64,000 nucleotides of DNA from Chrysomallon squamiferum (taxonomy: Eukaryota; Animalia; Mollusca), in assembly GCA_012295275.1 (NCBI GenBank), contig CM022666.1:3782001-3846000 (forward strand), written 5' to 3'. The notes under the pieces were generated by a model, which saw nothing but the letters and a program-made list of their open reading frames with translations, was not told the DNA's origin and did not search any database. Position numbers and translations under genes: made by a program. This document shows positions 29,201-64,000 of this stretch, one piece after another. Positions within the stretch are counted from its first letter, which is position 1. Each line of letters starts with the position of its first letter.

Positions 29201-30501
29201 TATTATACTATATAATGTCTAATATTTTTCACTTTTTAAATTTAATATTTCCTTAATACTAAATAATCATTAACATTTTTAAATATGTACATATTTTATT
29301 TTAATTTTAATTTTATTTTCTGGGGAATGGGGTTGCATGGGTTTGTTGGGATTTTTTCCTAATCTTTTTTTTAAATAATTTCCTTAACAACAAAGAGAAA
29401 ATTCTGATAGAAAATAAAACTGAATTTAAAACAGAAATTTAAAAATGAACTCACAGCTAATGGCCCAGCTTCAACTATATCTCCAGGATGTGGTTTACAA
29501 CCAGTTACCACTTCTCTGAATGCATAGTTTGAAAAAACCTCTTCACTGCAAGAAAATTTAAAGAAAATGATTTATTTTATCTTAGATTTAAAAATAATTA
29601 ATATTTATATAAAAGGTGAACACAGTTTCCATGATAGTTATTGTTAGAAAACAGTTTTTTTATGAGTATTGTTGAAATGGAGTTAAAAATAAAAAAATCT
29701 ATTTCCACAAGAAAGGACAATTATATAATAATGTAAACTATAAACTGAATAAATATTAATTTTATCTTTTACAAGAAACAAAAAATAGTTACTGATTGAA
29801 CAAGCAGTTATCACACTAACAACAAAATTATTATGGATTAATAATATGCACTAAAACAAAATAGATATTTTACAGGTTTGCCTTAGTTTACAAAACAGTA
29901 GATTTAAAAAGGTTAAATTGGAAAAAATATTTTTCTTAAAATCAAGAACATTTATCCCTTTAAAACAGTTTCACACATCAAAAAAAAAAAAAAAAAAAAA
30001 AAGAAACTCAAAATAGAAAAAAAATCCATAAGATTGGAATAATATTACTATAAAAGAAATATTCCTGTTCTGTACATTTCATTGACTGTATTAGTGTATA
30101 ATAACAATTTATAACAACTTATTCTACAATCTGGAAAAAGAAATTTTACCTTTTCAGATAATATTCTTTTTTAGCCAGCATTTATACTTTTCCTATCTAA
30201 AATCTAATCCAGTAAACAAATACATATCAGACATTCTTCTTCTTCTTCTTCTTCTTTGCTCAGTAATGTATTCTAAGCAAATAAAACCTCATTTTTAAAT
30301 ATTTTCTTACCAAACTGTTTCATGTAGACCTTCGTCAATGACACCAGCATCCTCAGCTATTTGTCGTGGTTTTACAGCCTGCTGTGGTGCCTCCTCTTTG
30401 GGTGGAGGAACATACTGCTGATATTGTTGATTCAGCCACTGAAGTTGTTGTAGTATAGGATCAGACGTTTGTGATGCCAAAAAAGCTGCATGAGTGTTCA
30501 T
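6987..30501 (-). CDS. Strawberry notch (SBNO/FORGETTER1)-family SF2 helicase-like protein with C-terminal UBZ4-type zinc finger, about 1267 aa, 32 coding exons
   Basis: GT-AG exons spliced by hand: 30501-30311, 29545-29455, 28909-28802, 28220-28134, 27591-27500, 26997-26929, 26703-26621, 26316-26198, 25796-25744, 25395-25332, 24811-24721, 24125-24046, 23568-23501, 22968-22858, 22363-22270, 21902-21783, 21258-21170, 20893-20731, 20486-20424, 20054-19925, 19141-19056, 18507-18392, 17982-17902, 17716-17582, 16719-16658, 16272-16171, 15513-15337, 14647-14566, 9800-9717, 8933-8828, 8163-8013, 7640-6987. Family motifs: [23 protein letters not shown] (Walker A), [124 protein letters not shown]. Phases are consistent except two exons that are 1 nt short. 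The first coding junction is the least certain. Confidence 0.93.
9350..9692. repeat. (ATTT)n/(ACTT)n tetranucleotide array
   Basis: Read directly from the sequence. Source of the YLFI pseudo-ORFs. Confidence 0.9.
18505..18860. repeat. About 39-bp intronic minisatellite abutting an SBNO-like acceptor
   Basis: Repeated acaggtaaaaataacattcaggtgtaat(a/c)t units. These are the source of the spurious 188-aa ORF. Confidence 0.8.
19161..19490. repeat. (ATT)n trinucleotide array
   Basis: Read directly from the sequence. Confidence 0.9.
22358..22640. repeat. Degenerate tandem repeat containing copies of an acceptor junction
   Basis: cccatgctgcaacacaaa at the true junction (22358) recurs at 22570. 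Related acccataatgc units lie in between. Confidence 0.7.
26198..26316 (-). CDS. SBNO-like exon carrying the DExH (DECH) motif II
   Basis: [32 protein letters not shown] with canonical splice sites. Confidence 0.93.
27003..27490. repeat. About 21-22-bp degenerate minisatellite filling an entire intron
   Basis: Many aatattcatgaaa/aaattat units between exons 27500 and 26997. Confidence 0.75.
28134..28220 (-). CDS. SBNO-like exon carrying the Walker A motif
   Basis: [29 protein letters not shown] between an AG acceptor and a gtatgt donor. Confidence 0.93.
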
Positions 30502-30610
30502 AGTTACGGAACTATGTCATAAGATAATCTAAATAATAAAAATAATAAAAGTATATATACATGTATATTATATATTCACTTACATAACATAAACAAGTAT
30601 ATATTTTGCA

Positions 30611-30723
<113 letters not shown>

Positions 30724-31043
30724 AACGTTATTATAATTACATATCATTATCAATATAATATATAGTATACAATTTCATACAGCTAAATCAATATCATACA
30801 TCAAATGTCAAGAATTACCATACACACTGTGTACGTGCGTGTCTGTGTGTATGTTTGTTGATCTCGATTTCTGGGAATCAGTCGTCCGGTTTTCTGAAAA
30901 TTACACAGGATAAAACCGGAGTTCGAATCCGATTTTTTAAAGGGTTAGTTAACTAATGAAAACAAATGTTATTTTAAACCCTGACACTAAAAATGAGACA
31001 AATATATAAATACTCCAGTCATGATTGTACATAATCGACTTAC

Positions 31044-31430
31044 AGAAAAAATGCACATTTTAAACCATTGTTGTTTGTAAACAACTAAAATTTCATTTAA
31101 CCGCGCAACTTTTAACTTTGCATTTCCGCTATTTTTATAAAACTGTAACCGGAACAAACACAAATAAACCGAAAGCAGGAATGAAATCCGGACTTCAAAA
31201 TGTCATTCAACGGTGAATATATGTTTTTGCGTAGGATGTTTGGCTAGTCCTTTATTCAAGGGATGATTTTACGTCCTGAAATTATTATTATTATTTAAAA
31301 TCTATTATTTTGTATTATATATTTACACACACACACACACACACAGTCACAAACACGTCTGATGTCTGAAGTCAGTTACGTCTTTCATCGCAAAGATGTC
31401 GGTAGACTTCAAACGGTAACCGTTTGGTAG
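31044..31430 (-). promoter_or_regulatory. Probable non-coding first exon and promoter of the SBNO-like gene
   Basis: Donor ct|gtaagt at 31043 can join acceptor tttag| at 30529, just upstream of the ATG at 30501. Local CpG enrichment, CCGGA motifs and a palindrome at 31410-31426. The TSS cannot be determined. Confidence 0.45.
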
Positions 31431-33839
31431 ACAAACGAATTCATTCAGTAGATATCGTTACTATCGTAATAGATATTTATATTTTATATCTTTTAAATAA
31501 AATCTTTATATACAAAAATAAATAAATTAAATAAAAATAAAATAAAGAACAAAACAAATCATCAATACGCATATAAAGGCGGGATTTTTAAAACTTTTTT
31601 TTTCGTGATTTAGATCCAAACATTTTTTAGTCATTTTAAAGCATATTTAGCCAGTATTTTTTTCTTCTTTTTACATTTTTTTTTTTATTTCATTTATTTA
31701 TTTTTTTAATTTTATTTAATTGAATATATAGAGTACTTTATAGAGCATGATGAAAATGGTTAAATCAGATCCTTTTGAAACATCATAATTTGTAGATATG
31801 TTTTTAAATAATAGCCTTTTATTGAAACCTTTTAAAATTTTATACAGGGTGGCACAGCTGACAAAACAAAAGCTGCTATTACACAATATAAAACATGCAT
31901 TCAGATTCTTTTTATATTATTATTCAACAATTCACATGGAATCTAAAATTTAGTTCAGTTTGAATAATTATTTATAAAATAATAATAATAAATCATAATA
32001 AATTTGTGATTTCAGAAATCTGGGCATATGTTTAATTGTTAAACAACCAAATGCCCGATGTCTGTTGTGGTTTTTTAAAATTTTATTTGTGCATGTGTGT
32101 GTTTTTGTTCAATATATCAAAAATATTTTTTTTTTTAGTTTACACAAAATTTCTTTCTCATGTTACTGTTGCCATCACTTACTCTCAATCTCTTTTTTAA
32201 TTTTGTTATAAATAACCATGTCAACGTATGCCACTATTGATTCACTTCAACACATTTATACTGTGATTGATATTTTTGCATTCATCAACAGCCCTTTCTT
32301 TTTCACAAGTATTTTAACAACATCATCATGGAATCAGATTATGGGTAATAAATTTATTGGACGTTTTTAACTTACAGGAAACAAAAATGAAACTATAATT
32401 ACAGTAATTAATAAACACATATCAGAAACTGGATAAACAATATATTTAATACATATGTACATACATATACATAAACAAGGTAAATAACACATGAATAATA
32501 CTAATAACTGAATAAAAAAATACATTTTATGTGCTTGAGGTCCCACATTTTGAAACAAGATGGGCAAAAATAATGTAAAAAACATAACAAAACTATAGTA
32601 TTACAATATTCTTTTTCTTCAAGCACAAATATACACATACATTTTCTATACAAAAGTTTCTCAAAATCACACACTTCCATTCATGATTTCAGGCTTTTCC
32701 AAAATCACAAATAACTATCATGAAAGCACATATTATGTCCATCATTTATATTATTACAATAAATACTGAACAAATTATTAAACTGAGACTGAAACTTAAT
32801 GAAGAAATCCTACAGCATATAAAGAATTATCAGTTTATTCGAAATTTACTTTATGATTTTTGTAAGTTTATTTAAAATTTTCTGTTCAGCTGATGTTAAT
32901 ATTATTACAAGAACTATATTAGTTTCTGTTAAATTTAGATTGACATTTACTCTTGGACAATTTTATCACTATGACAACTATACTCGTAACAGTTCTCTGA
33001 AGCCCATGTCCAGATTTAATGTCTTGAATTCCAGTGAAATTCTAAAGCACCTCAGTTTCTCTGTGACCATGATTCTATATTCTCTCTAACATTATTGTCA
33101 CAAACTTCAACATTACAAAATTATTTACAAACATTTGTTTGATTTAAGGGCATCCATAATGTTAATATCAATACTACGACAATGAAAATGATAATTCCTT
33201 CTGAGTTCAAATACATTTCTGAAATCCAGTTCTTAATTTATATACAAAACTAGCCATGCCTTCAATATTGTCATAATTATAAACCACATCTTTTTTATTC
33301 TGAGCAAAACTTTAAAACTTTAAATAAATTTCTTTAATAATATACATAACTATAACTGATTTCAACATCACAGATGCATTTATAACAATATATTCAACAT
33401 CAGGTTATTAAAGTTATTAATTAAAAATTATGACTATAAACAAAACATTTTTAGTTAGCATAATTTAAACCTTTAAACAGGGTTTTCTAATTATAAACAT
33501 TTCTCCTGTATTTATAACAATATATTTAACATACATTATTTAAGTTATGAACTAAATATTATTAACATAAATAAAATATTTTTATTTAGCATAATTTAAA
33601 TCTTCAAATAGTGTTTTCTGATTACATACATAACTGTTACTGACTTTGATATATTTCTAACAATATATTTATCATCTGATACTAAAACAGTTACTAAAAA
33701 AAGAGAAAAGTTCAGCATAAATAAAGACCTGAAATGCTCACCATTCACATATTATATATAATTCATATTTCAGTATTCTAACTATAACAACTTCTTTTGA
33801 GCATAGTTCAAGATTTGAAATTCTCGACTCCTATTACAT

Positions 33840-35060
33840 TCATATTTATCAATGACTTTAAAATTATGACTATAAATAAATTAAATTCTTTTGAGCTTCA
33901 CTAAATATTTATTGTAGTATTTTTGTCACTACAGACTTCAACTATGTGTTTATATATATAAATATATACACATACACACACATGCACACACACACACACA
34001 CACACACACATGCATGTACGTCACCAGTTATTCTCAGATTTTACAATCATGAGTATTAATACAACTGTTATTTAAAATCCTGACTTGAGAATTATTGTAC
34101 TTTAACACTGCCTATAATAATTATACTGACTTCAGTTTTATGACTATAAATATAACAGTTAAACACCATGACTACAAACAGAATCATATTTATAACTATT
34201 ATTTCAATATCATGATAATGAGTGTACTTATAACTTGAATATTATGACTATGACCATTAATATATTTATAACAATTATTCTTTGACTTCATTGTTATGAT
34301 AAATATATTTATAACAGTTATTCTCCAACTAGTGTTATGACTATAAATAAATTAACTGTTATACTCCAACAGCAGTGTTATGACTATAAATACATTTATA
34401 AGTTATACTGTGACTTCATTATTATTACAATGACTATAAATATATTAATGAGTTATTCTGAGTTATTCTGTGACTTTAATATTATGATTATAAATAGAGT
34501 AGTTCTATTTTGACTTAAATAATATGACTATAAATATATCTATAAGTTATTTTCTGACTCAAATAATACTGCTGTGATTATAAAAACATTTATAACAAAT
34601 ATTATACTTTGACTTCAGTTCTGACCATAAATACATTTGTTATATTTTGACTGCAGCATTATTATTATATTTGCTATACTTTCATTTCAATATTATAAAT
34701 ATATTGTACTTCAATATTATGAATATAATTATATTTATATTATAATCTGACTTCAGTTATTATAAATATAATTAGATTTATATTTTAGTCTGACTTCAAA
34801 ATTATAAATATATTTACTTTAAAAAGACTGTATTATGACCATAAATATAATGATATTTATTTTATACTCTCACTTCAATATTTTGAATATAATTATATTT
34901 ATGATTATATTCTGACTTCAGTATTATAAATATAATGACATTTATTTTATGCTCACACTTCAACACTTTGAATATAATTAGATTTATATTTCATTCTGAC
35001 TTCAGTATTATAAATATAATGATATTTATTTTATCCTCTCATTTCAATATTATTTTGTTC
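33840..35060. repeat. Degenerate tandem array in the proximal NALCN 3' UTR
   Basis: Recurring ttattctgacttca..tattatgactataaatata units immediately downstream of the stop codon. Confidence 0.7.
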
Positions 35061-35103
35061 TCTGTCTTTATCGTTACGACTATAAAACGTAATTATTCAG
35101 GTT

Positions 35104-61478
<26,375 letters not shown>

Positions 61479-61485
61479 CTGTTTG

Positions 61486-61526
<41 letters not shown>

Positions 61527-61776
61527 AGATGAAAAGATATCAGTGTTAAATGCTTTTTATGTTAGAACAGCCAATGAGCATCAAGATAAAAAAAACAGCC
61601 AGTTTTTAATTGGATAAAAAGCCATCCAATGAAAAGCGAGTTGTGCTTCGTGTGTTGGTGAAAAAGAGGCAAGCAAAAGCATCTGAAAAAAGATAATGTT
61701 AACTGATGTTAAATGATTTTTTTTATGAACAATGTTAATGGCAAAGATGAAGTGAAAAGTAAGTAAATGAAATTAA

Positions 61777-61812
<36 letters not shown>

Positions 61813-63184
61813 GGAAAAAGAAGGTCACATCAACACTCAGCCAGTATAAAAATTGTCTTCAAAATATGATTATATATAATTATACATATGTATCATTGTA
61901 TGTATTTTTAATTTTTAGTTTTTTCTGAAAACAAATGTTGATGTGATCCTCTGTGATCGTTAAGGCAGAGTCAAACAGTCTTGGTTACCAAGCCATGCAA
62001 GTAGAAATGTTTCATTAATCACAGATCATCATCATCATGCGGACTTCACCTCCACGAACTGATAATAACAAGATGCAGACGCCTAGAAGAAAAACAGACA
62101 GTCGAAAAATAGAAATATTTATCCAGTTTCAAATCTACTTTTTCCATATATATATATATAAATATATATATATATATGTATATTCTAAGATTTTCCTTGT
62201 TTTGTTTTTGTTGCTTTTTGTTTGGTTGGGGTTTTTCTAAATTTTTATTTTGTGATTATTTTTCTTTCTATTTTTTTTATTAAAAAAAGCTTTTTTTTTT
62301 CTTTTTTTTCTATAAAATTAGTGTTTACCAATCAGGTATATCTCTTTTTTCACAGAATTTTTTTTTTTTTTTTTTCCAAACTCACAATGAGTAAAATATT
62401 CAAATGAAAATAAATGAAAAATGAAAAAAATAAAATGAATATAAAGTTCCTCGAAATAAATTATAAACTACAGTGTGCACTATAGTTTTTCTAAGAAATA
62501 TAGCTGGTGAGATGTTTGATAAATTAAGGAAAAATATTTTTAATTAAAAGAAAAAAAAAGAAAAAAAGAAAAGCAAATAAGTGAGTGAAAAAATTAGAAT
62601 AATTTAATTTTGTAATTTAAATTATTGAACACGATGAAAAAGGAGAAAATTCCAACAAAAGTATATTTTTAAATATTTAAAAGAAAGCCAAAATCTAACT
62701 TGGACCCTTAAAATGTATAAAGATACCTACATAAAACCCAAACAGCCATTTTGAATTTATAAATATTCTACCAACTCACTGAAAACAAAACATGCAGAAC
62801 ATATAACTAATTCATGCTTTTTCTTTTTTTTGCTTTTCTCTTTTCAGCCTGTTTTATATTTTTTTTTTTAAAAAAAAAATATGCATGGTTTCAAAAGGTC
62901 CAGTTTTCTAGGACAAAATTAAAAAATCCACAAGCCAATAATACTTTGATGCTTTTAGTCACCAAATCTTTCTAAAACTGATCAGGAGTGTTCATTTTTA
63001 TATTTTAGCCAAATAAAGAATGAAGGTTAATTTAAACAGTTTTAAAAGTAATTATTCTATTATTTTTGTTTGATTTGATTTTTTTTTTTTTTTTTTTTTG
63101 TGGAGGTTTTTTATGTTTTTTTTTTTTTTTTTAATTTTAAATTTTTCTTAATTATTATCTATGGCATTATTTTTATTAATACAT

Positions 63185-63227
<43 letters not shown>

Positions 63228-64000
63228 TTTTATATTTACTTTAATTTGTTGTTTTTTTAATTTACTATTATTATTATTTCATTTTTTTTATAAATATTCA
63301 CTATTTTTTTTTTTGACTAAAGACAGCAGTCAATATTAATTCTTAAAATTTCTTTTCCATATCAATCTTTTCCATTATTTTCAACTGACCTCTTTTTTTG
63401 TTGACATATCAAAGGTTATGGTATGTGCTGTTCTATGTACACAAATGTATATGCATGAATAATGAAATAGCACAGCAATTTTGTTCTCAAAGTTGAATGC
63501 TGGAATAAGTGTTATTAAATGTTTGTTATGAATTAGTAAATAAACATAACTAACAATCTAACTATTGTTAAAAAATTAAACTTTAGCAATTTAGTATCAG
63601 AAATAAATTTATTTAAATTTACTTTGTTAAATCTGCTAATGCTAAATCTTGAGAGGTGTTACTTATTTGTAATTTAGAAATTAATAATGTATAATTTACT
63701 TTATTATTATATATATGTTGTTTTTTTGTTGTTTTTTTTGTGTTTTTTTTACTCAAATATAAATTGCAGATTGAAAGAAAAATCTATTATTAGATGCATT
63801 TTCTTTCTTCCTGTTACTATTTTATGAACATTATTTATCTCTTATTTTTATTTTGTTTGATTTCTGCTTTGTTCTTGTTCAAAATTTTATTTTGATTATA
63901 TAAATTTTATTATTACTATTTATTTATTTATTTATTTAGTAATATTTACTTATTTATTATTTTATTTTATTTTATTTTATTTTGTGAACACTCCTGACTA

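Noticed and set aside
30224-30272. Possible 49-nt exon (GAA repeat) after the first SBNO coding exon
   Set aside because: The intron before it would be only 38 nt, inclusion shifts the frame relative to the 30501 ATG, and direct splicing 30311>29545 is already in phase.
6987-30501. Calling the SBNO-like gene a pseudogene
   Set aside because: All helicase motifs and splice sites are intact. The two frameshifts are 1-nt losses in base runs, and the same error type appears in NALCN.

Overview
AT-rich, microsatellite-dense, intron-rich animal genomic DNA. Lophotrochozoan/mollusc-like; a coleoid cephalopod is my guess and cannot be proven from this window. Nearly all supplied ORFs are simple-repeat noise. 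Splicing by hand gives three genes. (1) The terminal T/WAT tetramerisation exon of an acetylcholinesterase-family gene (+, 480-619). (2) A 32-coding-exon Strawberry notch-family SF2 helicase (-, 30501-6987, about 1267 aa). It lacks the usual central insertion and ends in two PIP-box-like motifs plus a Rad18/UBZ4-type zinc finger. (3) The last 28 exons of the sodium leak channel NALCN (-, 61478-35104; 5' exons lie beyond the window) with DII-K, DIII-E and DIV-E filter residues. The most notable signals are a network of mutually competing local and long-range complementary elements around the NALCN selectivity-filter exon, an in-frame 42-nt candidate cassette in the NALCN DIV S3-S4 linker, the PIP+UBZ Strawberry notch architecture, and many introns built from tandem copies of the adjacent splice junction. 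Three 1-nt frameshifts at short base runs suggest assembly errors.
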